This document shows, one piece after another, positions 1 to 13,146 of a DNA stretch of 64,000 nucleotides. The notes below the pieces were generated by a model. It did not search any database. It was not told the DNA's origin and was given only the letters and a program-made list of their open reading frames with translations. The stretch's first letter is position 1; each line of letters begins with the position of its first letter. This DNA comes from Octopus vulgaris. Lineage: Eukaryota. The position numbers were made by a program, and so were the translations under genes. The DNA lies in the NCBI GenBank assembly GCA_951406725.2, contig OX597818.1, forward strand, positions 71,858,001 through 71,922,000. Direction: 5' to 3'.

Positions 1-349
1 TGAAATATTTTTAAGTGGTTAGCGTATTTTCCGTCACACAAGTCGACTTAGTATATACTACAAACGTATAGTATAAACATTCAAACATCGTCAATGTCTT
101 TTCTAATCTTGATGCATTTCACACGGACTTTTTGGTCCTCCGAAGTCGTTATGGTGTATAAAGTCGCCAACCTATTTTGGCTATAAATGTTGGCTGTAAA
201 TTTGGGTGTAAATTTTGGTTTGCAAAAATTTGACTTCTGCGCTGGAAAATGCAGTAACATTTATCTCGAAGCAAGGAGACCTGCTTGCAGTAGTTTGATC
301 TGCTAGAAATACGCAATCAACCAACAAATATTTTCTCATTAAGGAAAAG

Positions 350-1660
350 TCTTTTACGTTTCGAGCCTACTCTCTTCGACAGAAAGGATTAAAAAGACGA
401 AAACGAGAAAAAAATGAAAGAAAAAGAAAAACGGGAAGAAAAAATTGTTATTTGGTCTACAAGGAGTGAATGTTCGAGTGAAAATGAGTGTTTGCTCTCG
501 TTGGAGACTTGAGTCTGAGGAACCACTGATATGACGACACCTATGCTGAACACGAAGATCTGCCAGATTGAATGCTTCATAAAACAGAATTGTCATGTAA
601 CGAAGGGTCAAGACGGATGTCCTGCAGGTTTTCTGTAAAGCAGTCAGACAAACGTTGTTCAGTCTGATCTATATATTAGGATTTGCCATAAGGGCATTTT
701 AAGCAATAAATAAGATTGGTAGATGCGTAGATGAAGGAGTCTGATATATGGAAGGAGTGGTGGTTGGTCCAGTGAGGAGAATAGCGTAAGAGTTGGAAAA
801 GAAGTGACGTGTGTGTTAGCAAGCAAATGATCCAGGTCGGATTTGAGGTTACGGAAGGAATGAGCCGCGGACGAACTGGCAACGTAGATTACCGAAGCAC
901 TTAATGGCAGGTTGGGTGGGCTGGAGAAGATGTGGGTAGTTTAGGTGTTTGTCTGGAGGATTTGGATTGTGCATGAGGTAGAATAGAGGGGTGGTAGTGA
1001 AGAGGGAAAGGAAAGATTTTGATGGCACAGAGGAAGGATGGAGGTGTGGTTTATTTTAAGGCTGCGAGTGAAGGCAGCTTAGACTAGGCTGGCGAGTATT
1101 CGAGTCGAGTGAGTTGGTGGACGGACTACGCATTGAAATTACATGTTACAATCATATTGGCGGCTACAGTGAAGGCTGAGCTAGAGGAATTGTAAGTAAC
1201 AAGTAGATTGTTTAGTGTAGGTAGAGTGGGAGGAGGCGAAGGCAGCATAACAGTGGGAGTCGATAGGTTTGTAAAAGGTGGTGCTGGTGAGGTTAATGGT
1301 GGGGTGATCGATGACAACAGAGATGTCAAGAAAGTTAACTGTGATGTCAGAAATGGAGGAGGCGAATTCTAGAGAGGAATGAAACGAGTTGAAAAGATGA
1401 ATGTGTTGAGATATTCACAGGAGAGGGAGATGGCGCTGAAACAGTCAGTGATGTGAAGACTATAGCGTTGCGGCAGGGGCCTGCAAACTTTGTAAGAATC
1501 TGAGTTTCAACAGGACTAACAAGCAGATTAGCATAGTTCGGTACCATTCAGGGATAATAGCCACCCCAGACACCGTCGAACGAGAAGCAGCTAAGAGTGG
1601 GAACAAGTTCGACTAAATAGAAGTGAGTAAAGATCCAAGGTTGATAAGTCGAGAAAATGT
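350..1660 (-). mobile_element. Degenerate Penelope-like retroelement (RT plus GIY-YIG endonuclease remnant)
   Basis: Minus-strand fragments YLVELVPTLSCFSFDG and MVPNYANLLV (ORF 1347-1547) resemble PLE RT. STNLIYCLKCPYGKS (ORF 676-882) resembles the PLE GIY-YIG domain. The 3' end has a GAAGAG-agtagg-CTCGAAACGT hammerhead-like motif. Many stops and frameshifts. Confidence 0.8.
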
Positions 1661-2380
1661 ATTGTAAACGTCTAAATATTCTCCATATATTTGTGTCGAA
1701 ACAATGGTATTTTTATGACATACACAAATCTATCATCATACACATCACTTAATTTAAATTTAATTACAATCAAACTATTTAAACTGCATTAAAAGGACTT
1801 TAAAAAACAAATTTGACGTGAAATTAAAAATATAAAATGATTTTCTGGTTCGGCCACTTACTTTGGAAATACTTTTCAAATAAAGAATAAATAGCAAAAA
1901 CAATGCCGGATAATTCAGTTGTTTGTTTTTTACTCTAAACGTTAATTTGCTAGTTCTAGCTTATTGCTGACTTAGCGGTTTTTGTTTTGTAAGCTTTTTT
2001 TCTTTTAATTTCTCCTCAAATATTTTTCGATTTCTTAAAATTCTTAACGAAAATACAAAGTAGTTGGCGAATTATGCATATAGCTTTTTCCAACGAAATA
2101 TTCCACTCGACTTGCATTCAATAAAGGTATTTCATGAGACGTTTTAATCACCAGAGTTGAATTCACATTAAAAGTAGCTTTGAATATATTTACTCTTCCA
2201 TTGTTTTATTTATTTATTTTTTTACTTTCTGCCAAATCTTTGCTCTGACATATTTTAGCTATCTTCTTAATGTTATTGTGTTTTACCTTATGAAAATTGG
2301 ATGAATTAATTTCCTTATGATTCTCTGATTAGAAAAGAAAATCATTACATCAAGATATTATTTGCCTCATTATTATTATA

Positions 2381-2960
2381 AAAGCGGCGAACTGGCAGAG
2401 TCGTTACCGCGTCGGGCAAAATGCTTAGCGGCGTTTCGTCCGTCTTTACATTCTGAGTTCAAATTCTTCCTAGGTATGCTTTGCATTTCATCCTGTCGGA
2501 GTCGATAAAATAAGTGCCAGTTGAACATTGGGGGTCAATGTAAGCGACTTCACCCAAACTTGCTGGCTTTATGCCAAAATTTGAAAGCACTATTATTATA
2601 ATGGCGGTGTGTTAGCAGAATTGTTACCGCACCGGAAAAAATACTTTGCAGCATTTCGTCCGTCTTTACGCTCTGAGTTCAAATTCTTCCGAGGTTGACT
2701 TTGCCTTTCATCTTTTCAGGGTCGATAAAATTGAAACTGGGGTCGATGTAATCGACTTCACCCTTCCACCAGAATTTCAGGCCTTGTGCTTATAGCAGAA
2801 AGTATTAATGGGGTATTATTATTAAAGCAGCGGACAGAGAGAATCGTTAGCGTGCTGGACAAAAGACTTAACAGAATTTATTCCAGTTCTTTACTTTCCA
2901 AGTTCAAATCCCGCTAAGGTTAACGTTGCCTTTCATCCCTTCTGGAGTCGAGATCTGGGG
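2381..2960 (+). mobile_element. Three head-to-tail copies of a tRNA-type SINE
   Basis: Three diverged ~220-bp units (GCGG..GCAGA..GTTA..GAGTTCAAAT..TTGCCTTTCATCC..GTCGATAAAA) separated by (ATT)n. Each has a B-box-like GTTCAAAT. Confidence 0.75.
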
Positions 2961-3974
2961 GTAGCCAAAGCACGAGATGGTTAGATAATATCTATAGTAT
3001 TAATTCGTCACGCTTGGGAATCGAACCGGAAAATGTGTTGACAGCTACTTCTGATAGTAATCTCCGGAGAAGGTGACTCATCTCTTCCAATCCTTTCAAG
3101 ATAGTGGGCGGAGAAGACGGATGGATAATTTATTATTGGAGCTATTACGTGCTTTTTAGTTCGATAGTGCATTATCCTGAGATTTAGTGGCAGCAAATCT
3201 CAAATCTCAAGAATCTTTCATAGAATTCTTGCAGAATATAAAATGGCACTTTTCTTAAGTTTGATAATATGTATCTCAAATCCAATATTCTTCAGCTTCT
3301 TGGAATACAATGCGCCGCTCAGTACAGGAATCGAACCCACGAGCGGTAGAACGTGAAAGGAAAAGGGGAAATCTTGATCTAGGTCATGCACCTTTGAAAC
3401 ACAAACACCATTCACACAACTAACCCAGCACATACAGAACACAATCACACCCCGACTCTTAAACACACAACTCACATAGTTTATACCAACCTCAACAATT
3501 ATCCAACAATTATCCAACACTGTACATAGGCTACACAACAAACAGTTGATAATAAAATAACATAAAGACACTACAGCAAACAAGATAAATGCAAACAAAC
3601 ATAACTCTACACCCCAACAGGCTATACTTCTCATACTTCAGAGGGACTGGGGTGTACCATGCATGGTGCAATAGAAACTTACAGGAAGCTCTTGTCAAGG
3701 TAACGATAGTGATTTTTTTTCTAATTTAGATGAAAAGGCAGCAATTTGGAGGGCAGGGGCCTAGCATATACCGTCAACCGTAGTAATTGACCAGTACTTT
3801 ATTTTATCGACCCCAGAATGATTAAAGGCAAAACTGATGTCAATGGATTTGGATCTCAGAATGCAGAGAGTCGAAAGAAATACCGTACGGCATTTTTTTT
3901 GCCCTAACTATTCTGTCAGTTTGCTGCCTGTAATGATAATAATGATGATGATGATATTGATGATGATGATGATA

Positions 3975-4006
<32 letters not shown>

Positions 4007-4039
4007 TTTTTATTAGACTCAAGGTTATGGATCAGTGGA

Positions 4040-5400
4040 ATGTCACAAAAATAGTCAATAATTTGTGTAGGTATTGAGAAAGAAATAGCAAAGATTGTGA
4101 AATATGATAAAAGTATACAAAGTATGTAGTCTTCCTAATACAGGAGAAAATTCAACCAGGGTCAATCAAGGAACCCCCACAAATCCAGGATTGCCCTGAT
4201 CACCAAAGACACGAACCCTCTCTCAACTATTGCTCTCCAATTTATAGGCGCCATTCACTCTAACCAGTTTTGCCAGTCATCCCTTTTATCACAAATTCAC
4301 TTGGAGGTGGCACTTCCCTCTCCACCCTCACTTTCCTTTCTCAAGTCGAACATAAAAAAGTCAATGAGGGCTTGGTTGAAGAGGAAGGTGTTTTTACTCA
4401 ATCCTTTCAGCCTCTTTTACCACACAACCTCTTTCGTCATAGCCACTAAACAGAGGAATACTGCTTGTCCTACCTTGTTAAAGGCAGCTGGTGGGGGGAT
4501 CCTCATGATGGATTCGGCCGATAGTCGGATTCGTCCTACTCGCGATAACAGCTGTTCGATATAACTCGGACAATACATGAGTGCGTGCATAACAGTTTCG
4601 TCGCTCTGCAAGCATCCTGGACTGTACTGCCTGGCAGTACTTCCGTACCTATAAAGCAGACAGTACTCATCGGTAGCATTTCCAGGCCTGGAAATTCTAG
4701 AAATTATCCATGGTGGTACAGGGCCCGAATGTCCTCCCAAACAGATCTACTATTTCATCTTCGTTGACACCAAGATTTTCCCCGAGAACGTCCTCGCCCT
4801 TACTAACGTAAAACTTCTATCGATCGCTTTGCCAGACTGGTTGAGGGCAGCGTGAGCCTGATGATATTCTAGGCCTTTCTTGGACAAATCTTGCACATCT
4901 ATTACGGTGACGAGCTACGGAAAGGTATGTGTTACAAACGGACACCACACTGGCTCGCTGTATAGAAAAAGCTATATGTGGCGCATATAGCAGAACACAT
5001 CCTTTTCAGAGAAACAGAAATGTGAACACTTCAGTCTGGCCACACGTGAACCGGGACATATTACAAGGGTCAGACGGTCAGTTATTAGGGAAGCGATGAG
5101 ATCATTCGCCACCTTTGCCCGTTTTTAATCTCATTCCGGTGGTATGGGCCAAACCAGACTCTGAGAAATTTCCTCGATCTGCTATAATGTTTGTTGACAT
5201 AGACTTGCTTCTCCAGTTGCAAGCCTATCGCCTTGTTCGGATTTATCTTTGCTCCTGCCATCGCTTTGCATTATTTTAAAATGGAATCGACTACCTGAAC
5301 TTCTGTGCTGTCTGTCATCATTACCGTGGAGTCATCCGTATACACCGACACAGCTCTCCCGCATCCCAGTTCTAGTTTCGCAGCAAAGGATCGAGAACCA
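4040..5400 (-). mobile_element. Degenerate Tx1/L1-clade LINE, 3' part
   Basis: ORF 4417-4740 (SDETVMHALMYCP...EQLLSRVGRIRLSAESI) is clearly homologous to ORF 36158-36703. An RT motif VSVYTDD lies near 5340 on the minus strand. Confidence 0.8.
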
Positions 5401-6445
5401 GAATATTCTGATGAGATGAAAGAGGACACCCATAACAGATCATGGTATTTTCCAGTTATCTTTTATTCTTTGACCGCTACATTCATGTCCGCAGATGTAG
5501 CTATATCTATGATAGAGTACTCTTTTCTCCTTATCAAGAACGATAATATCTGGTCGTGTGGCATGAATTTCGCGATCATTTTGTACATTAAAATTCCATA
5601 AGATCTCGCATTGGTCGTTCTCTATTATCCGTTCTGGTTGATGTTCGTACTGTTTCCTTCTTTAAAACATTTTTGCCGTAATATGTTCTAGTGTAGTACC
5701 TTGGCCACACAGTCGTGTCTGTGTCTATATTCCTTCTGCGCCAAAGGACTACAAGAATTTATATACATAATGGATTCCTCTTTCTCATTACATAGTCTAC
5801 GCTTCGCACTTTTCGCGGATTTATCTAATTTGGCCTTAATGATATTCGTCTGCAATAACTTTAGTAAGGTCTCTATTCTTCAGCCATAATCAAGGCTCCT
5901 CTGCTGCGACGTCCTGTGTTTGACTGAGATACTGATGGCGTTGTTCTTTTCCCCAGTTGTTTCATTGTCGCACCTGTTTCCTTCTTTTCTTGTATTTCGT
6001 TACTGCTTCCGCAGCCTCTTTCTCCTCTGCTCTGGCAGCTGAAATTCTGGGATGTTTCTCTCACAATTTAGTGTATTTTGTTTTGCAATCTCCATACTGT
6101 CTTTTATTGATATCAGACCTCCACACCTTTTCAGTGGTAGGTATAATCTATCGACATTGAGCTAATCACCTCTTTTACTCTCTTGAGATATTCATTTTTC
6201 ATTTCCTCGTTCATTTCTTGGCAGACGATATATCTGTCTCCAGTACACCCTCATTCATTGTTCCGATCAATGTCTTGTAGGGAGCTTAATCCCTTCTGAC
6301 TTGGGTATTTCCCTCTTTTTATCAGTAACAACGTACATTTATCTATCCCAAACTCCATGGCAATGCCATCACTCACAACTCTAACAGTCTGTACAAGTGA
6401 ATTAAAGCTTTCTCACTTTTGGCAAATAATTTCAGGTCGTCGATA
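5400..6445 (-). mobile_element. Degenerate R4/Dong-like (RLE) LINE fragment
   Basis: Minus-strand IDDLKLFAKSE...MEFGIDKC (RT) near 6340-6445. ILWNFNVQNDREIHATRPDII (restriction-like endonuclease) near 5540-5610. Confidence 0.75.
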
Positions 6446-6737
6446 AAATAAGTACCAGTTGAGCACTGGTATCGATGTAATCAACTTAGCCTCTCCCCTG
6501 AAATTGCTGGCCTTGTGCCAAAATTTGAAACCATTATCATTATCGTTAACACACCGGGCAAAATGCTTTGCAGCATTTCATCCTTCCTTACCTTCTGAGT
6601 TCAAATTCCGCCGAGGTCGGCTTTGCCTTACATCCTTTCGGAGTCGATAAAATAAGTACCAGTTCAACACTTGGGTCAATTTAATCAACTTAGCCCAAAC
6701 CTACCCCAAACCTGCTGGCCTTGTACCAAAATTTGAA
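6436..6737 (+). mobile_element. SINE fragments, same family as 2381-2960
   Basis: GTCGATAAAATAAGTACCAGTT and GAGTTCAAATTCCGCCGAGGTCGGCTTTGCC blocks. Confidence 0.75.
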
Positions 6738-7257
6738 ACTGGGGTAAAATATACGAAGGTCAATATACCCGTCATGACTACCCATCTGATAAAGGTACAC
6801 TAGGCACATGCATCACAATCATATATGCGCGACATTGTGATCTCATATCAAGATAAACATCCCATGACCTTGCGGTGGGGTCCTGTTAGAATTTTCTTCA
6901 GGTTGGGTACTCTAACTCGCTTAAAAGGTCCCTGAATAAGGTTTGTTTAAGGACGATGAACAAAACACCCATGTTTCCAGAGGTGAATAATTCAGACCCC
7001 AAAGAATTCCTCTCAACACATGGCTATGATGCTCCCACACTACTTCTGCTCGTGATCAGAGATGCACATATCGTCAGCCACTAAAGGCATACTCAACTGG
7101 TTAAGGTGAAACAACTGCCAAGCAAATCTGTGGTATTGAGCAGAATATTTGCTGTAGCCCATCTTTTATACCAAGACAAAACAAGGTACATGATAACACT
7201 TCTAATCAGTTAAGATCAGAAGCCATGAGAGCCACTGCCTGATACTGCATTAGGGCA

Positions 7258-7258
<1 letters not shown>
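6738..7258 (-). mobile_element. 556-bp (AAT)n-associated non-coding element, truncated copy
   Basis: Reverse complement of 45528-46083, lacking about 35 bp at one end. Confidence 0.85.
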
Positions 7259-7290
<32 letters not shown>

Positions 7291-7381
7291 GATCATGATC
7301 ATCATCGTCGTCATCATCATCATCATCGTCATCATCATCGTCATCGTCATCGTCATCGTCATCATCATCATTATTATTATT

Positions 7382-7934
7382 GAGTGAGAAAGCAGTGCAT
7401 ACCATCAAAGTGACACTGGGGTAAGATATACGAAGTCCAGTATACCCATCATGACTACTCATTTCATAAGTGTACGCAAGGCACATGCATCACAACTATA
7501 TGTGCGCGACATGGAGACCTCATATCAAGATAAACTGCACATGACCTTGCAGGTGGGCCCAGTTAGAATTTTCTTCTGGTCGAGTAACCCATCCCGCTCA
7601 AAAGGTCCCTGAATAAGGGTTGTTTAAGGATGTTGAACGAACCACCCATGTTTCCAAAGGTGAATTATTCAAACCCCAAGGAATCCCTCTTAACACAAGG
7701 CTATGATGCTCCCCACTACTTCTGCTCGTGATCAGAGATGAACTTATCGTCAGCCACTAAGGAACATGCTCAACTGGTTAAAGTGAAACAACTGCCAAGC
7801 AAATCTGTGGTTTTAGCAGAATATTTGCTGTAGCCCATCTTTTATACCAAGACAAAACAATGTACATGATAACTCTTCCAATCAGTTAAGATCAGAAGCG
7901 ACGAGAGCCACTGCCTGGTACTGCATCAGGGCAT
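7382..7934 (-). mobile_element. 556-bp (AAT)n-associated non-coding element, full copy (partial copy follows at 7981-8180)
   Basis: GAGTGAGAAAGCAG...CTGCATCAGGGCAT termini match the 10457-11012 copy. Confidence 0.85.
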
Positions 7935-8252
7935 TTTTTCCTCCTCCTCCTCCTCACCACCACCATCATCATCATCATCATCCCTGAATAAGTGTTGTTT
8001 AAGGATGTTGAACGAACCACCCATGTTTCCAAAGATGAATTATTCAAACCCCAAGGAATCCCTCTTAACACAAGGCTATGATGCTCCCCGACTACTTCTG
8101 CTCGTGATCAGAGATGCACTTATCGTCAGCCACTAAAGGACATGCTCAACTGGTTAAGGTGAAGCAACTGACAAGCAAATACAATAATAATAATCATAAT
8201 AATAATAATAATAATAATAATAATAGTAATAATAGTAATAATAATAATAATA

Positions 8253-9156
8253 AAAAAACAAATGAAATCCAAACTAAAAATAGAACAGCAACGAACCATG
8301 ATAAAACGATAGCAAGAAAAGCCCCTTCATGGTAAATACTGGACTAAACTAAATGCAAAATAAATAGACAAAGAAAAATCCCAGCAATGGTTGAGAAGCT
8401 CAGGACTCAAAGCAGAGACGGAGGGATTTTTAATTGCAGCACAAGACCAAAGCCTCCCCACCAGAAATTACCAAAACATGTAATGAAAAGAAATATAACA
8501 AGTAACTGTAGAATATGTGGAGATGGACAAGAAACAATAAATCATATTATCTCTGGCTGCTCAGTCCTGGCTAAGAAGGAATATATTCACAGACATGACA
8601 GAGTTGGAACCTACATACACTGGAAACTATGCCAACATTATGGAATAACAACAGAAAAAAGATGGTATAGGCACACACCAGAAAAGGTCACAGAAAACGA
8701 GAAAGCAACCATACTCTGGGATATGCCGATACACACAGATAGAGAAATTAAGGTAACATACCAGATATAGTTGTCAGAGATCATGAAGAAAAAAATGCTT
8801 TCTACTTGATGTATCAATACCGGCAGATGACAACGTGTCTCTAAAAGAAATGGAGAAACTTTCAAAATACAAAGACCTGGAAATAGAGGTAACCAGAATG
8901 TGGAATCTAAAAACAAACAATTCCTATCATAGTAGGTGCATTAGGCATGATAAAAAAATATTCAGACAAATACATAACAAAAACACCAGGACTTATAACA
9001 TACAGAAAATTGCACTACTAGGCACTGCATACATCCTACGCAGAACACTTTCCATACAATAACCATCAGAGCATCACAACAAATCACAGCACATACCTAA
9101 GGCACACAGAGCTGCGCTCGGTAGTGAAGTGAAAGCATGCTATAAAAATAAAACTA

Positions 9157-9159
<3 letters not shown>
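8253..9159 (+). mobile_element. 5'-truncated R4/Dong-like LINE, family A
   Basis: CRICGDGQETINHIISGC zinc knuckle, RHD motif, WDMPIHTD and EKLSKYKDL (RLE domain). Frameshifted and flanked by (AAT)n on both sides. Confidence 0.9.
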
Positions 9160-9193
<34 letters not shown>

Positions 9194-9196
<3 letters not shown>

Positions 9197-10296
9197 TCTC
9201 GTGTGAACACGAAAGCAGCAAAAAGCTGCATTCTATTGTCAAGGAAGCTTATAAGTTCGAAAGGGAACTAGACATTAACCTTGAATCAGATGAAGAGCCG
9301 GAAACCACTGCTACCAGGCAAGCAAAGCGAATCAAGCAGACTGCAAAAAAGAACGGGCAGAATCAAATTGAGAGGCGGTGGAGCCACAAGCCCCTGCATG
9401 GACAATATATTCTCCGAAGCCAAAATGCTGATGTAGACCAAGCAACAACCCATCAGTGGCTGAAGAGTTCAGGATTGAAAGCAGAGACTGAAGGCTTCAT
9501 ACTGGCAGCACAAGATCAAAGCTTGTTTACCAGAAATTACCAGGCTAACGTTCTCCGAAACGGTACTGACCCTAAATGCAGATTCTGCGACACATTTGAC
9601 GAAACAATAGACCATCTCGTTTCGGGATGTCCTGTGCTGACACCAAACGAAAACAAAAATCGCCACGATAGGGTAGGACAGTATATACATTGGAAGATAT
9701 GTAAACACTACAAATTCGGCACTCCTGCTAACTGGTATGAACACCATCCTCAGCTAGTTGTTGAAGGTAAAAATGTCACCATCCTCTGGGATTTTCCAGT
9801 CAACACTGACAGAACGATCAAGGCTAATCGACCAGACATAATTGTTAAAGACAAGGAAGAAAATATCTGCAGACTAATAGAGGTAAGCGTCCCCACTGAT
9901 AAAAATATATCTGTAAAGGAATTTGACAAACTTAGTAAATATAAGGACCTGGAAATCGAAATACAAAAGATGTGGAATCTTAAAACAAAAACTGTTCCTG
10001 TTATTGTAGGTGCCCTAGGTATGATAAAAAAGGGATGTCAGAAACACCTAGACAATATCCCTGGAGAACCATGTCTCAAAGAAATCCAAAAGATTGTGCT
10101 AACAAGTACTGCCCACATCCTTAGAAAAACCCTATCAATGTAAATGTTTGTGTTGTATTACATGGAGTTATTTGTCTACTTCCCCTCCCCAAGCTTTCAG
10201 CTATATTTCAACAACTCTTAACCTTCACTTGCCCTAGAGCGCTGGGTGTGCCCCGGCAAGTGATTGCATCAAACATGCAGATTAAAAGTAAATGGC
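9194..10296 (+). mobile_element. 5'-truncated R4/Dong-like LINE, family B
   Basis: ORF 9475-10143: AAQDQSL, CRFCDTFDETIDHLVSGC, RHD, NRPDII, KLSKYKDL. (AAT)n on both sides. Confidence 0.9.
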
Positions 10297-10443
<147 letters not shown>

Positions 10444-10456
10444 TATTATTATTATT

Positions 10457-11011
10457 GAGTGAGAGAGCAGTGCATGCCATTAAAGTGATACTGGGGTAAA
10501 ATACACGAAGCCCAGTATACCCATCATGACTACTCGTCTGATAAGGGTACACCAGGCACATGCATCACAACTATATATGCGCGACATGGTGATCTCATAT
10601 CAAGATAAACATCGCATGAACTTGCATGTGGGGCCCAGTTAAAATTTTCTTCTAGTCGAGTAGCCCATCCCGCTCAAAAGGTCCCTGAATAAGGATTGTT
10701 TAAGGATGTTGAACGAACCACCCATGTTTCCAAAAGTGAATTATCCAAACCTCCAAGAATTCCTTTCGACACACGGCTATGATGCTCCCCGACTACTTCT
10801 GTTGGTGATCAGCGATGCACATATCGTCAGCCACTAAGGGATATGGTCAACTGGTTAAGGTCAAACAACCGACAAGAAAATCTGTGGTATTGAGCAGAAT
10901 ATTTGCTGTAGCCCGTCTTTTATACCAAGACAAAACAATGTATATGATAACACTTCCAATCAGTTAAGATCAGAAGCCATGAGAGCCACTGTCTGGTACT
11001 GCATCAGGGCA

Positions 11012-11012
<1 letters not shown>
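10457..11012 (-). mobile_element. 556-bp (AAT)n-associated non-coding element, full copy
   Basis: Near-identical to the reverse complement of 45528-46083, with (ATT)n on both sides. Confidence 0.9.
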
Positions 11013-11055
<43 letters not shown>

Positions 11056-12127
11056 ATTTCAATTTTTTTCACAAAGTCAGCAATTTTATAGGAAGGGACT
11101 CCAAGTGCTCAACTGGTACCCATTGTTACCGATACCGAATGATGAAAGGCAAAGTGGCGCTAAGTAGGGTCTGAACTAAGGAGAGAAAATGAGAAATGCC
11201 CCTAGGTGTTTTCTCTGACAGTCTAACGAATCTACCAGTTTACTACTGTTAATAATAATAATAGGCAAAATGATATGAAATAAAATAAATACGTTAAGTT
11301 AAAAAAAACACGTACAGTTACACCAACTGTACTTGAGACAATCTTAATGTTTGTTTTGATGATATTTTTTCAAGGTTAGCAGTTAGGTGTGAGGTTACTA
11401 TTAGGGTTTATGATAATAAATGACAGCATTTGACAAATCGATAAGAATGTTTACAGGTGTAAACAGGCCAGTAGGTTAAGAGATAGCCAGACAGAAAGAG
11501 AGAGAGAAAGAGAGGGAGAGGGGAAGAGGGAGAGGGAGAGAGGGAGATAAAGGATGATTTGAAAGTTCAATGCCCCATATCGTTGGCTGTCTGACGTCAA
11601 GAAGAATCAGTGATTCACTGCACTCAAACTCATCTGACTGATTTATCTGCAGGTTAGATAGTAATATTATTTGTGCGATAGATGAAGGTTTATTAAAGAC
11701 TTTAATCTGTAGTGCGATGGAGTAAGTTTTCCTTCAGACATTCTAAAAGTTCGTTTTGTATTAGCGTCATATTAACATATCGCAAGCAGAGTGTGTATAT
11801 AACAAATCTACACCACAGTGATAGTTTGTGGGAATTAAATAATTCAGCAATTTTCTCTGGTTTGGATAAGTTTTTATGCTTTGGGGAGACATAGCGATTG
11901 GAAAACCTACTCGTCAGAAGGAGAACATTCATCGAATTTATTTAATGAAATAGTTAATATGAAATAGTTAATATAGGCGCAGGCGTGGCCTATATTAACT
12001 TTCCAACCACATGGTTCCGGGTTCAATCCCACTGTATGGTACCTGGGGCACATCTGCATCCATGAGGTTTCTCCAATCGCTTCTCAAAGACTGTTTAAAC
12101 ATTTGGCATGCTCTTTTTTATTACCGA

Positions 12128-12920
12128 CTAGCAGCATAGCCCGGCGTTGCCCGGGTATGTAAGAGCCCTTAGTAGGCAACGACTAATCCCAATCTAGTCC
12201 TTTCCCTCTAGGGAACGAAGGCGCATGTGTAAGTTGCAATGTCTTCTCTTCACTCGAATACTTCTGTGTATACTAATGTTCCTAGCTGTCCCTTTGGGCG
12301 ATAAAAAGGTCGAGTTGTGTACCCTAGACAGTTTGTGTTTAATACACAAATCGGTTTGCTATGTGTGCCACATATGATTTAATTAACCGATTTTTTCCAG
12401 TAATAAAGTATCCTATTGGAATAAAATGGGCCATATAGCTCCTTGGAGCAGACATGATGCTCACTGTGAATTTAAAAAAAAAATTCCTGCCAATTTGTGA
12501 AAGATATTGTCGAAAATATGTCATCTTGAATTTGAACGCGATTTCCCAAAATGGCATGATTTTATCGATTTTTTCTGATGGTAAGGTATTGCATGGAAAA
12601 CTAACATCAGATTTAAGTTTCTTAGGGTAACATTAAGCTTCACCATGAGTTTGGTGAAAATCGATTGCAAGTTTCGAAAACTACAACAGAAAATGTGTTG
12701 CATATAAAAAGCTTAGATTCTCGACCCCATGTCGAATTTATCGATTATTTTCAGAACTGGGGAAACTTTTCAAAGTTTTCGCTGCGTTAGTTTTGAATTA
12801 TGACATTGGGCTATGTGTGTGTCAAGTTTCATCAGAATCGGTTGAAAGCCGTGGTCAGGGTGAGAATACAACCTGACAGACACACAGACAGACAAACTGC
12901 CGTTTATATATATATATAGA
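12128..12920 (-). mobile_element. Non-autonomous Helitron
   Basis: Minus-strand 3' end CCCGGGCAACGCCGGG hairpin followed by CTAG|T at 12128. The other end has cagacacacagacagac followed by a TA-rich terminus. Confidence 0.75.
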
Positions 12921-13092
12921 TATAGATATATAGATATATAGATATAGATTTTTAATAAAATTTTCGTTTTTTTCTATTATTTTTTTGGGGGAATTCCTCA
13001 TCTTTAAAATGTGGTCTGAGTAGACCCGAATGAAATCGGGTTATAATATCGAAACAAGTAAAACAATAAAAAGACTATGCTAATCTAATCCC

Positions 13093-13146
13093 TATCATTA
13101 TATAGACTTACTAGCGTTTCTCTGCTAGTAAGTCTATATAATGATA
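13093..13146. repeat. Perfect 23-bp inverted repeat with 8-nt loop
   Basis: TATCATTATATAGACTTACTAGC-gtttctct-GCTAGTAAGTCTATATAATGATA. Confidence 0.95.
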
